A stretch of DNA of 64,000 nucleotides from the IMG/VR virus record IMGVR_UViG_3300022925_000008, positions 1 to 64,000 of that record. One strand, written 5' to 3'. The DNA is from a virus. Under the pieces are notes generated by a model. It had not been told where the DNA came from and ran no database searches. It saw only the letters and a program-made list of their open reading frames with translations. This document shows, in pieces, positions 10,102 through 19,823 of the stretch (its first letter is position 1; every line of letters begins with the position of its first letter). A program made the translations under genes and the position numbers.

Positions 10102-11484
10102 TTAATATCTAATTACTATTTTCAAATCTTGCTGAGAAACGTTTTCTCTTGGGACTGCAGTTCGGTTATCTATGTAAATTAATTCGCCGCTAAATTTATC
10201 AATATCTGGGAAGATTTCCCTATTTGAAGAAAGCGTTGTTCCACTCGCACCACCCTCACTTGTGACAACCATATTTCCTGTAAACGGCGAATATCCCGTT
10301 GAGTCGTTTTGGTGATAAGTTAAATATCCTATACCAGCACTATCAAAGTATTTATCTACCACTGCTCGGGGCGTTGGAATGCCGGTGCCTGTTATAACAT
10401 CGTCAATGGCAAAACTACCTGTCAACCCAGACATTTTAAACCCATCCAGAAAAATTCCAGTATTGGCAGTATACGCGGAATCGCCGACATGATTATAAAT
10501 CAATGGGTTTTTCAGCAAAGCCATTTGTCTAAAATCTTGTCCACCTGCAATAATGGTTCCCGTTTCGTCGTTGATCAGACGAACATTGAACATATGTCTT
10601 GTGGCACGAAGGTCTATTGTGGGGTCTCCGCCCAGACCCAACGGCGGTCCAAGAATCGGTACACATTCACCAAGTCCATCAACAATTGCCTCAGCATAAT
10701 CGTAACCAGTTCCGAACAACCATCCACCAGAACCATTACTGTCAACTTCAACTGATATTAGATTACCAGCATTATCAATAGAAGCTCTTGCTTGCGCTTG
10801 AGTTCCATTTCCAACAACCGTAACCGTCGGGGGAGTAACATAAGAAGCAGAGCCATTATTTGTGACTTTATATCCAACTATTTGTTGGGGGGTTGCTGCA
10901 TCTTGAATGCTTTTCTGTTGAATTATTGTTGCTTCGTCTTCAGGGCCAGCAGAATCAACATATCGTACGGGCATAAATTTAGTTGTCACATATTTGTCAG
11001 TATCACCAACGCTGATGGTATACATGAATTTCCAGAAATATCCATCGGCAGTCTTAAATGGGTTTACTGATACACCAGTTGGTTCAACAATTGATGGTAT
11101 TATGTTACCCGCGCCATCGATGCCAGAACGCAAACACATATAAACTTGGTTCAACTGAGTAATAACATAATATTTTGTGTTGTCGGTAACATCAGTTACG
11201 GTATCATCGTAGGCTTGATAAATTGTGCCTGACTGCCAGTTATACCTCGGAATAACATAAGATAAATTGAATACTCGTTTGGCAGACTGCATGGAAAGTC
11301 TAGTCTGTCTACTATAAGAAATAGATTGCAAATTATCTTGAAGAGATACTCCAGGCGGAGTATCTGTGTTGTTCCATTGTTCTGACCTTCCGACACAAAT
11401 ATAGTAAGTGTCTCCAGAATCATACGTTTTTTTAAGATTTCCAGACAGTTGTCTTTTAAAATCGTCTGTTATAGTTGCAGTCAT
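10102..11484 (-). CDS. gp8: Baseplate wedge subunit gp8
   Basis: YYICVGRSEQW, PRYNWQSGTIY, TADGYFWKFMY and SGELIYIDNR motifs; baseplate synteny. Confidence 0.8.
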   Translation of the reverse strand: MTATITDDFKRQLSGNLKKTYDSGDTYYICVGRSEQWNNTDTPPGVSLQDNLQSISYSRQTRLSMQSAKRVFNLSYVIPRYNWQSGTIYQAYDDTVTDVTDNTKYYVITQLNQVYMCLRSGIDGAGNIIPSIVEPTGVSVNPFKTADGYFWKFMYTISVGDTDKYVTTKFMPVRYVDSAGPEDEATIIQQKSIQDAATPQQIVGYKVTNNGSASYVTPPTVTVVGNGTQAQARASIDNAGNLISVEVDSNGSGGWLFGTGYDYAEAIVDGLGECVPILGPPLGLGGDPTIDLRATRHMFNVRLINDETGTIIAGGQDFRQMALLKNPLIYNHVGDSAYTANTGIFLDGFKMSGLTGSFAIDDVITGTGIPTPRAVVDKYFDSAGIGYLTYHQNDSTGYSPFTGNMVVTSEGGASGTTLSSNREIFPDIDKFSGELIYIDNRTAVPRENVSQQDLKIVIRY

Positions 11485-11497
11485 GTTATCTAGCCTT

Positions 11498-12517
11498 TTA
11501 TCCTAATGTTACATCGCTTGTGTTTACAACATACCAATAAGTGCCATCCCATATAAGGTGAGCAGTTTTATTTGCCCCTAATTCGAACCAATTTCCTTGA
11601 GCAAAACTAGTGGGAGTAACCCGTAATGTATTTGAAGCAATTCTACTTGTTATGTATTTTACTTCTCCAATCACCGATCCGTCAGGAAGGTTTTGGAAGA
11701 CAGCTCCAACAGGGTCGGCGTCATCTTGAATTATATACGGCTCTGTTGCGCTATACGTAGAATTGTTTGATGTCTCCGCAACAGTCGCGTTTCCTTCGCC
11801 GAATGCAACTCGGAGAGACAATAAGGTTGCACCAGCCCCCTTACCTCTTAACCGAAGATCCACATCAGTGTCTGATCCGGTCGGGATCAAATCAATTGGG
11901 TTTCCGGTTAATGAATTAGAAATAGACAACGAATTGACAGGAATTAATCCTGAGGTGCGATCTTCCAAATTCAACATTGGAGCGCCACCGTAAGTCTTTA
12001 TGTCGCCTTCTATTCTTGGACTAATTAACTGATCAGAATCTAAAACCTTATTGCTAATTGTTTGTGGATGACTAGCAAAAACAAATTCATCGTCACTACC
12101 CAATAAAGGAAGGGTGATGTTTCTATTATCAATAAGTTCACTTGGTACGACAGAATACTGGTGCGTGTTTGTGGTATCGCCAAATTTTGGAGTAACCAAC
12201 ACAGGGGTTTCTAAAGTTTTGTTTTTTAAAGTCTGTGTCGCTGAATCAATAACAAAATCACCCGTATAATTAGGAACCTTTGCAAAGTTATTTTGAGTTG
12301 GCGAAATAACTGATATATTAGTTTTGAATGTCTGCGCCGGATTCGAAATATTTATGCTAGCACTATCAAAATCGATTAACTCAGACAAAGATAAATCCGA
12401 ACCAAACTTTCCATATAGTTCAGCGAAATTAGCGTTTAATTTAACACCAGCAGAACGAAGGGAATCTCCAGTTCCATCATTTGCCGTTGTTCCCGTGAAA
12501 ATAGTTTGTCTTGCCAT
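11498..12517 (-). CDS. Baseplate wedge / tail-fibre connector (gp9/gp10-type N-terminus)
   Basis: MARQTIFTGTTANDGTGDSLRSAGVKLNANFAELY N-terminus is typical of gp9/gp10-like proteins. Confidence 0.65.
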   Translation of the reverse strand: MARQTIFTGTTANDGTGDSLRSAGVKLNANFAELYGKFGSDLSLSELIDFDSASINISNPAQTFKTNISVISPTQNNFAKVPNYTGDFVIDSATQTLKNKTLETPVLVTPKFGDTTNTHQYSVVPSELIDNRNITLPLLGSDDEFVFASHPQTISNKVLDSDQLISPRIEGDIKTYGGAPMLNLEDRTSGLIPVNSLSISNSLTGNPIDLIPTGSDTDVDLRLRGKGAGATLLSLRVAFGEGNATVAETSNNSTYSATEPYIIQDDADPVGAVFQNLPDGSVIGEVKYITSRIASNTLRVTPTSFAQGNWFELGANKTAHLIWDGTYWYVVNTSDVTLG

Positions 12518-12542
12518 TTTGAAATCCAGTTTAATCTTTGGT

Positions 12543-12550
12543 TATTTATA
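12543..12550 (-). promoter_or_regulatory. T4 late promoter TATAAATA
   Basis: Exact consensus, intergenic, 26 nt upstream of ATG 12517. Confidence 0.85.
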
Positions 12551-12553
12551 AGG

Positions 12554-13678
12554 TTATTGCCTATCCATCGTCGTTAATCCACCACGGAACACATTAGTCG
12601 TTGGCGAAGAGTCCGCGGAGAAGTCAATGTCATGTCCAAGAACTTGATCAGAATCAGGAATGCCAACAAGTGCATCAACATCAAAGGTTGGGTATGATGG
12701 CACATACGCGGAAGCGTAATCAACGCCAGGAATACCCGCAGGTCTATATGTTGGTTTATCGCCATTAACAACAAAACCGCCAACTGTTCTAAGAAGCGAA
12801 GAATTGAACCTAGAGATATCTTGGATAGAAAGACTGCTATCAAATTGATCTTGATGGAACCTATCCAAATCAGTCTTAACTTCTCCTATCATTGTCCTAT
12901 CTGAGTCAAAAACGTTAAATCCTGCTTCCGCCTGATCTTCGCCTAATGTAGAAGATCCTGAAAATCCTGATAATGTTGGTACGATAGGATCTAGCGGACC
13001 AGCACTATCCATAAGGTCGTATCCATCGAACACTAGAGGTATAGCATTACCCAACGCATCGTTTCGAGCATAAGAACCAAACCCAAGCTCGCTGATAATC
13101 TGCAATTCTCCCCCAAGATAAAACCCTGCAGGATGAACAAAAAGTTTATATATTTCTTTCCATTCAGTGATTGGTATACCAACTTTGATTAGAATAGCAT
13201 AAGTTTGATATAGTTTATCGTCGGTTATAAATTTGAAACTATCAGGGCCAATCTTAGAATCATTTAGTTTGAAAATGTTTTCTTTCGTATAAACAACTTC
13301 TGGATCTTGTTGATAGAACGTTCGAAAAAATTGTTGAATAGAAAGTTTAGAACCCTTTGATTTGTATAACGAGCTCGATATTTTTGCAGCTGCTCTTTTA
13401 TCTTTGAAACCCTGAAAATAACTTTCCCCCAAAAGAAGTTCATCTTCCATAAATCCTAAAAGAACTTCGTCCGTCTCACTAATGTCTTTTGATTCGAATA
13501 GATGATCGACCAATTCTGCTGGTGAATCTGTTGATTCTAAAAATTCATAATAAGTTTCTAGAAAATTAATAAATTTGGGGTAGTCAATCGGAAAACTATC
13601 AGGAAGAATTTCCCGCACCCTTCTATCATAGAGAGATATTTCTCTTCGGTTTTTTTCTTTATATCCTCGGTGTGACAT
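12554..13678 (-). CDS. Baseplate wedge initiator (gp7-like, short form)
   Basis: FINFLETYYEFLE, YKSKGSKLSIQQFFRTFY and KLFVHPAGF motifs; follows gp6. Confidence 0.65.
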   Translation of the reverse strand: MSHRGYKEKNRREISLYDRRVREILPDSFPIDYPKFINFLETYYEFLESTDSPAELVDHLFESKDISETDEVLLGFMEDELLLGESYFQGFKDKRAAAKISSSLYKSKGSKLSIQQFFRTFYQQDPEVVYTKENIFKLNDSKIGPDSFKFITDDKLYQTYAILIKVGIPITEWKEIYKLFVHPAGFYLGGELQIISELGFGSYARNDALGNAIPLVFDGYDLMDSAGPLDPIVPTLSGFSGSSTLGEDQAEAGFNVFDSDRTMIGEVKTDLDRFHQDQFDSSLSIQDISRFNSSLLRTVGGFVVNGDKPTYRPAGIPGVDYASAYVPSYPTFDVDALVGIPDSDQVLGHDIDFSADSSPTTNVFRGGLTTMDRQ

Positions 13679-13680
13679 TA

Positions 13681-15558
13681 TTAATTACTTTCAACAATTA
13701 CTGGTCTAGTCAAAGAAAGTTCAGTATCATATTCTAATATACTATTTCTTACTGGTGATATTGCACTTTGGTTTGCGGGAAGAACAGATATCTTGATATA
13801 TGGTACGTTATTAGTGATATTTTGCGGAGCAAATCCAACTAGTCTTAGCGTCCCAGAAACAGCGTCATAAGTTCCGATATTAGAAAGAAAAGGCGAAGAG
13901 TTCGCTTGATCGATTATTTGAATAATATTGCTATTTAATTTGTTTCTCAAAAAACACGTTCTGTTGGCATAAGTGAATAATGAAGAAGTAATTATATACT
14001 CTTTATCGTCGGGCGCAGCAATAGCGACTGGAAACCTTATCAAATAATCCGTCGTAATCCCAAACCTGCTTGTAACTGTTTGACCGTCCGCAGAAACTAT
14101 TTGTGGAGTCAACCTTTGTTGCATTCTAATTTCAGATCTACTTGATAACACAGAAGGATCAACTTTATCGATTTCTGTTAAAAGATTTGACCTTCTAAAT
14201 GATTTGGAAAATTTGCCAATATTATTATCAAAGTAATCATCAACGGCTGATTGAACATTTGCTTTGATAGCGTTAGAACCAAGAGTTGTGAATTTTGGAT
14301 TATATTGGTAAAATACCCTTGCTTCAATGTAAGTAATTACTGGATCGACAAAGCGAAGGTTAAAAGAAACGATAGAAAGGTTATTTACATACTCTCTAAT
14401 TTGTATTTTCAATGCAGCAATTTCTGCAGGAGTCAATCCGTTAATGAAATTTATTGAAGTGAACACTGCTCCATATTCAGGAACATCAGCGTCTTCCCCA
14501 CCCCAAGACTGAATTTCTTCAATGTATTGATCAAAGTTTCGGAAAATCAACGTTGAATAATCTGACGCAGTTACCATTCTATTTTGAGTGGTATATTGAA
14601 ATGGTGCGTTTTTTCTAATAGATTCGTTTGTCTCTTTTTCCGATCCACCAATAGAACTAAAGATGGTGGTATTGTCTATAACTGCTTCAATTAGATCACC
14701 ATTAGTTTTTGTAACCTCAAGTTGTTCTGTTGAAGTGAAAACCTTTGCACCATTAGCAATACTGCCGCTACAAGAAATATATTCAACTTCAACTTTGTTC
14801 CCGGCCGAAGGAGTGATACCTAATGTATTTCCGTTACCAAAAGATAGTTCATAAAAACCGTTTGGGGTTTCTTTTAAAACATATATTTGTGAATCGGACG
14901 TAATTGCTGTTGCCAGTTCTAGGTTGGTATATATGGTATATTCTACTGCCGAAGCGTTCTCGAAAACTTTAATTATTGCTGTATTTAAATCTAAATTCTT
15001 ATCCGGAATAACATACAATTCTGTTTCGCTAACAGGTCCAACTATGAAGGTTTTTGTTTTTCTAGTGCCTTCATAAATTGGGATATTTGTTGGGGTTTGA
15101 GAAGAAGAGAGTTCGAACGTATAATTTCCGCCGCCGTCATTGGACGCTGTAATCTGATCTCGAGTTTGGAAAGTATATGTAATGTCATTTACCGAAGATG
15201 TAAATGTAAATCCTGGGTCAATAGTTATTTTTTGCGGTAGGTTGGTGCCAGTCAAAGTAGTCTTCATATTAACATATGCGATTGACGAACTTCTGGATCC
15301 AGGAACATAACCGATTGCTTCCGATAAAGAAACAAGAGAACTTCTCAATTGAGCAGTTCCTAAAAACGATTCATTTAAAGCATAGTTGGCAATCAAAGCA
15401 TTATAGTGAGTATTATACGCAAGAACGTCTAAAAGATTAGACAACCCAGAAGCCTCAAATTCATAATCGGTGAATTCTTCTTTTGCGGCAAAGAAAGTCT
15501 TAAGATTGTTTTTAATTGTATCAAAATCAAGCGCAGTTGATTTAATTGTTGTTGCCAT
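13681..15558 (-). CDS. gp6: Baseplate wedge subunit gp6
   Basis: LDFDTIKNNLK, FTDYEFEASGLSNLLDVLAYNTHYNA and QNRMVTASDY motifs. Confidence 0.92.
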   Translation of the reverse strand: MATTIKSTALDFDTIKNNLKTFFAAKEEFTDYEFEASGLSNLLDVLAYNTHYNALIANYALNESFLGTAQLRSSLVSLSEAIGYVPGSRSSSIAYVNMKTTLTGTNLPQKITIDPGFTFTSSVNDITYTFQTRDQITASNDGGGNYTFELSSSQTPTNIPIYEGTRKTKTFIVGPVSETELYVIPDKNLDLNTAIIKVFENASAVEYTIYTNLELATAITSDSQIYVLKETPNGFYELSFGNGNTLGITPSAGNKVEVEYISCSGSIANGAKVFTSTEQLEVTKTNGDLIEAVIDNTTIFSSIGGSEKETNESIRKNAPFQYTTQNRMVTASDYSTLIFRNFDQYIEEIQSWGGEDADVPEYGAVFTSINFINGLTPAEIAALKIQIREYVNNLSIVSFNLRFVDPVITYIEARVFYQYNPKFTTLGSNAIKANVQSAVDDYFDNNIGKFSKSFRRSNLLTEIDKVDPSVLSSRSEIRMQQRLTPQIVSADGQTVTSRFGITTDYLIRFPVAIAAPDDKEYIITSSLFTYANRTCFLRNKLNSNIIQIIDQANSSPFLSNIGTYDAVSGTLRLVGFAPQNITNNVPYIKISVLPANQSAISPVRNSILEYDTELSLTRPVIVESN

Positions 15559-15559
15559 T

Positions 15560-16003
15560 TTATCTTAACCTCGAAACTGTAGTTTCAAATGAAACTGTTT
15601 GTTCTGTGTTTCTAACCTGAAATTTTAATAGTATTGTAATCAAATTCATGTTTTCTTGAGATTTTACATCTATCTTTCTTATAATAGCTCTAGGTTCATA
15701 CGCTTCAATTGTGCTTTTTATTCTTTCGATCAATTCGCCTGCAGTATTATCATCCGCCAACTCGAAAAGATAACTTCGAAGGTCAACCCCAAAGTCTGGG
15801 TCAAAAGGTTTGTCAAATCTGTTGCTTATCAATATGTTCTTGACCGCTTGTTTCACAGCAGCAGTTTCGGTTTTTTTAAAAACATTTCCAACATTGTTAG
15901 CGGTAAATGACAAATCTAGATCTTTGTATACTGTCTTCCGAGAACTAGTAATACTTATTTTACTAATATCTGCGTCTTCTTGAGAAAATACTTTAGTTGC
16001 CAT
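15560..16003 (-). CDS. gp25: Baseplate wedge subunit gp25
   Basis: YKDLDLSF, AVKQAVKNILISNRFDKPFDPDFG and IEAYEPRA motifs. Confidence 0.9.
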   Translation of the reverse strand: MATKVFSQEDADISKISITSSRKTVYKDLDLSFTANNVGNVFKKTETAAVKQAVKNILISNRFDKPFDPDFGVDLRSYLFELADDNTAGELIERIKSTIEAYEPRAIIRKIDVKSQENMNLITILLKFQVRNTEQTVSFETTVSRLR

Positions 16004-16030
16004 TTTATTATCTTATTATAGAACTGGTTT

Positions 16031-16038
16031 TATTTATA
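16031..16038 (-). promoter_or_regulatory. T4 late promoter TATAAATA
   Basis: Exact consensus 28 nt upstream of gp25. Confidence 0.8.
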
Positions 16039-16618
16039 ATGCAGGTAAGACTTCTAGCAGCTCATTTTTTGATAAAAGTGCTCCATTATATGTTGTGCTC
16101 AAAGTTTTGTCGAAAGAAATGTTAAAAGTTTCGTTTGCAACAGGCATAATCAATATTATTTGACAAGAGAGTTTTCCTGATGGATCGAACGTATCATAAT
16201 CTAAAATCATTTCTTGATATGGTTGGTAATCTTTCCAGTATTCTGCAAGGTCAAACGACATCTCGAGGTCGATCTCTCCGTTTTTACCAATCAATTGGTA
16301 TACTATTGCTCGCCCAGTCTGCTTGTATTCATTAATTCCTGTTGGTACTTCATCAATTGCTGGTTTGTAAATACCCTCAGCAACAATTAACCGATTCTTA
16401 GCAAACTGTTTGTTGGAAATTGCGCTTTTCATCGCTTCGGCTTGTAGATATAATTGACGAGCAATAAGCGTTCTGTCCCCAGTAAGATTTTCAAACTGAA
16501 CCCGAGTTCCTGGCGCACCCAAGAATTTGGCAATAGTAATTCCTGGCGCAAGAGCGGTAGAAGAAGTAATTTCAGATCTAAAGTTCGGATTGTATACCGG
16601 ATCAACCAAATATATCAT
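16034..16618 (-). CDS. Baseplate-associated protein, possibly a degenerate Peptidase M15-like fold
   Basis: 194 aa after the gp5 C-terminal gene. Loose resemblance to the M15A pattern (EGIYKP...GRAIVY...AEYWKDYQPYQEMILDY) with no recognisable Zn ligands. Confidence 0.5.
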   Translation of the reverse strand: MIYLVDPVYNPNFRSEITSSTALAPGITIAKFLGAPGTRVQFENLTGDRTLIARQLYLQAEAMKSAISNKQFAKNRLIVAEGIYKPAIDEVPTGINEYKQTGRAIVYQLIGKNGEIDLEMSFDLAEYWKDYQPYQEMILDYDTFDPSGKLSCQIILIMPVANETFNISFDKTLSTTYNGALLSKNELLEVLPAL

Positions 16619-18069
16619 GACGGAGTAAACCTCTTGCTTCTGTTTTCTGATGGGTTATTGCCAAGCAACGTTCGTCCAAACCTCAAAGAAGGTTTCTTAC
16701 TGGACGCTCTTCCCAATGCTGGTGGTCTTTGATCTGCATAACTAGAAGACAATCTTCCCTCGCCAATCAATGCGCCAATAAATTTTTCATTATTAAAAAT
16801 AGATGGATCTCTTAACTTCGAACGTATCTCGTGAATGCTAGGTTCTCTTGTCATAAGGTTGTCGTAATCGTCTGACTTCAAGATTTCTAGTTTTAATTCA
16901 TCTCCTGGATCAACCTGAACATCTCGTATGCCATAATTACCTGAGGATAATATTGGAGTCATAATAGCGGTGGTTGGCATATCCGCTGTTCTTTGTATTT
17001 GTATGTATGGCATTTTCGTAGGATACGTTTTAGCATCCCTCTCCTTAGATGCCCCAGTAGCTGTTTCTACTTCAGCAGGGGCTGATTGTGCGAAAGAAGC
17101 TTCTCCCGCCTTATTGGCAAAATCGGATGTGATTGCTTCTGTCGCTTTACCGATAAAGGTTCCATAGTAAGTCGTACCTCCGATTCCAGCGCCCTCTGGA
17201 GGTCCAGAGTAAGTTTTGCCGTAATGGTCGATATAATGCCCACCGATTGTTCCTGTAACGCCCAAAACGCTTACAGTGTCTCCGTTAATGTTGGTGATTT
17301 GAGAAGAAGCAACCCATTCGTCAACCGCAGTAGTTACTAATTTTGTTCCTGCCGTAAATTCTACAGACTTCTCAACATAGTTTTTTTGATCACCTTTAAC
17401 AAATACATTGCGGTCAGACAACAGAGTTTCTGTATTGACGTCAATAACTTTAAGATTGCGCGAACCTTTGACGGTATGATTCTGATTCTCGTCAACAGTC
17501 TTGGTGTGATTGCGGTGTATTTTTTCTGTCTTATTGCCAGCAGTCGTAATATTAATATTGCCTTCTACTTCTAAGTTATAATCTCCTGCAATTTTAACAT
17601 TGACATTACCTTTGTATACTAGATCTGCTTGACCCTCAACAATAACAACGTCATCACCACCAGTGATTGATACTTTTTTATTCACAGACGAGAACAATAC
17701 GCTTCCGTCAGCGCGTAACTCAACTCCAGCGCCAGTTCGATGTTTTATTAGTATACGCTCTCCGCCTGGAGTATCATCAACATGTATGGCATGACCTGCT
17801 GGGGTTTCTTGCACTTGGTTGTGTGGATATAGAGAAGGTTTTTGATCAGAGAACTCGATTGAAATTCCATAGTCCCCGCCGCCAGAAAACAATTCTTCAA
17901 TTCTTTCCCCTCGAGCAGATTTATTAATAGAAGAACCGAAATAATATTCTCTATCTGGGTATTCACCGTTAGCGTCGGAAAATCCGTCTCTCGGTATTCC
18001 AATAGAATTTTCTCTACCTTCACCCAAGTCTAACGATCTTGAACTGAAATTGTCTCTATTGTTGGTCAT
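16615..18069 (-). CDS. gp5: gp5 C-terminal (beta-helix / needle) part of baseplate hub spike
   Basis: YPHNQVQETPAGHAIHVDDTPGGERILIKHRTG motif followed by beta-helix repeats (VKIAGDYNLEVEGNINITTAGNKTEK). Confidence 0.8.
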   Translation of the reverse strand: MTNNRDNFSSRSLDLGEGRENSIGIPRDGFSDANGEYPDREYYFGSSINKSARGERIEELFSGGGDYGISIEFSDQKPSLYPHNQVQETPAGHAIHVDDTPGGERILIKHRTGAGVELRADGSVLFSSVNKKVSITGGDDVVIVEGQADLVYKGNVNVKIAGDYNLEVEGNINITTAGNKTEKIHRNHTKTVDENQNHTVKGSRNLKVIDVNTETLLSDRNVFVKGDQKNYVEKSVEFTAGTKLVTTAVDEWVASSQITNINGDTVSVLGVTGTIGGHYIDHYGKTYSGPPEGAGIGGTTYYGTFIGKATEAITSDFANKAGEASFAQSAPAEVETATGASKERDAKTYPTKMPYIQIQRTADMPTTAIMTPILSSGNYGIRDVQVDPGDELKLEILKSDDYDNLMTREPSIHEIRSKLRDPSIFNNEKFIGALIGEGRLSSSYADQRPPALGRASSKKPSLRFGRTLLGNNPSENRSKRFTPS

Positions 18070-19823
18070 TATGTAATTCTCGTATTATTAATTTCAGAAG
18101 AAGTAAAAGGAGACTGACTGTATGTATTTGAGAATAAACTTTTCTTTCCAAACACATCATCAACATAATCTCTAACGTCAAATCCAGGGTCTTCTTCATT
18201 GATGTCTAAATCGTTATGTCCTAGTATCTGTCCTCCTGGATACGCTAGGTAGAAAGCTCTGCAGATTTCTTGGAAAGAAGACATTTGACTTCTTGTTAAA
18301 GATGACGATGACCTATATTCTATTGGATTTGGGGTTCCAGAAGCACAATTTAACCCGCCAACAAATACAACGCCAATGCTTCTAGAATTATGTCCATTTA
18401 TTTGGGCGTGTTCGCCTTCAACTCCAGGCGGTCTTCCACGCTGCACCGAACCATCTCTTCTAATAACATAATGATAACCAATGCCTCTATAACCCAATTT
18501 AATAAAATTTTCATTGATTTCTTCAGAACCGATGTTAGAGTTTGTGTATGTATCGCTCCAATGAAAAACCATTTCTGTGATTTCTCTGTTTATGTTTTTA
18601 AATTCAGCTTCTAATTCTTCGAAGGAGGATACAAATGAAAAAACAAATTCTTTCGCACCAACTCCATTATTCCACTTAGAATTATCTTGACCCACTCTGA
18701 ATGGGTCTGCAAAAACGCTGTTGCTGGTGTCAACAATTACTGATCCCGCTACTGTAGTATCCAAATCTAACAAAAACTTCTCAATTTCTTTTGTCGATTT
18801 GCCGGTGCTTTCTCTTAAAATCTTTGTTGCTTCAACTCTTTGATTTGGAGTTCCTTGTGCTAATTCGGCAATTCGGTTTTGATCACTTGGAGAAATATCA
18901 ATGCCAGAATTTCTAAATGTATTTGCAAGACTTTTCGGGTCAACTTTTTGAACCAAATCTTGTGCAAACCCCAAATCCGACTTAGGAAAAACGCGAGAAA
19001 TATCACTTTGAAATTGATTTGTTTTATTGACAACACCAGCTCGAGTGTTCGAATAATCTCTCACCGATTTAAATAGATCTTTTGGATTAGTCGCTCCGGA
19101 AACAAGGTTCAACGTTTTTGATAAGTTAGAAACTGTTCCGCCATTGTTCATCATACTAGCAACGTCTGCTATAGCATTTGCACCCTCGGCGGAAACAGAA
19201 TCGAGAGCTGAATCCGAAGCAGTCGAACCATCAGTAATTGCGGTAGAAACCATTTGATCAACAACTGCTTGCGTTCTAAAGGAAACAGCATTGACGGAAC
19301 TAGGATTAGAGAACGCTCCGATCTTTCCAGGTAACGATCCTAAAGATTTTGCAACACCTTTTGCGTTAGAGGCAGAAATCATATTCTGCAAAAATCCTGG
19401 CGCTGCACCAAGACCCGTCATCTTAGAAATTATAGTAGAGATATCAGTGGCAGGTCCAGTAGTTTTTGATATTGAATCTACAGAACCGCTGTCTGTGTAT
19501 TGAATAGTAACTGAAACTCCTGGTCTTGTCGTGAGCGCACTAGTGTTAGTGTTTAATGCATTATTTATCATTCCAGGGGCAGCGCCCGAAGTTACTAATC
19601 CTTCGGTTGGATCTAAATTGATTGCACCAAGAACATCTGTTTTAGAACTAAGAGATTTAATTCCGCCAACCGTGTCACTTGTCTTTGCTCCCACTGCTGT
19701 CTGTTTTACGTCAGTGAATACTTCTTTGGTTTGTTCTGCGGCAGTGTCAACATCCCCATAAGTTTTAATTACGTTCTGGGGTAGCTTAACTGTTTCTTTT
19801 AATTTGTCTTTTGATATTGCCAT
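18069..19823 (-). CDS. Baseplate-linked protein with C-terminal N-acetylmuramoyl-L-alanine amidase (Amidase_2)
   Basis: VFHWSD, GIGYHYVIRRDGSVQRGRP, NSRSIGVVFVGG and GHNDL..EEDPGFDV motifs; about 400 aa Ser/Ala/Thr-rich N-terminal region. Confidence 0.85.
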   Translation of the reverse strand: MAISKDKLKETVKLPQNVIKTYGDVDTAAEQTKEVFTDVKQTAVGAKTSDTVGGIKSLSSKTDVLGAINLDPTEGLVTSGAAPGMINNALNTNTSALTTRPGVSVTIQYTDSGSVDSISKTTGPATDISTIISKMTGLGAAPGFLQNMISASNAKGVAKSLGSLPGKIGAFSNPSSVNAVSFRTQAVVDQMVSTAITDGSTASDSALDSVSAEGANAIADVASMMNNGGTVSNLSKTLNLVSGATNPKDLFKSVRDYSNTRAGVVNKTNQFQSDISRVFPKSDLGFAQDLVQKVDPKSLANTFRNSGIDISPSDQNRIAELAQGTPNQRVEATKILRESTGKSTKEIEKFLLDLDTTVAGSVIVDTSNSVFADPFRVGQDNSKWNNGVGAKEFVFSFVSSFEELEAEFKNINREITEMVFHWSDTYTNSNIGSEEINENFIKLGYRGIGYHYVIRRDGSVQRGRPPGVEGEHAQINGHNSRSIGVVFVGGLNCASGTPNPIEYRSSSSLTRSQMSSFQEICRAFYLAYPGGQILGHNDLDINEEDPGFDVRDYVDDVFGKKSLFSNTYSQSPFTSSEINNTRIT

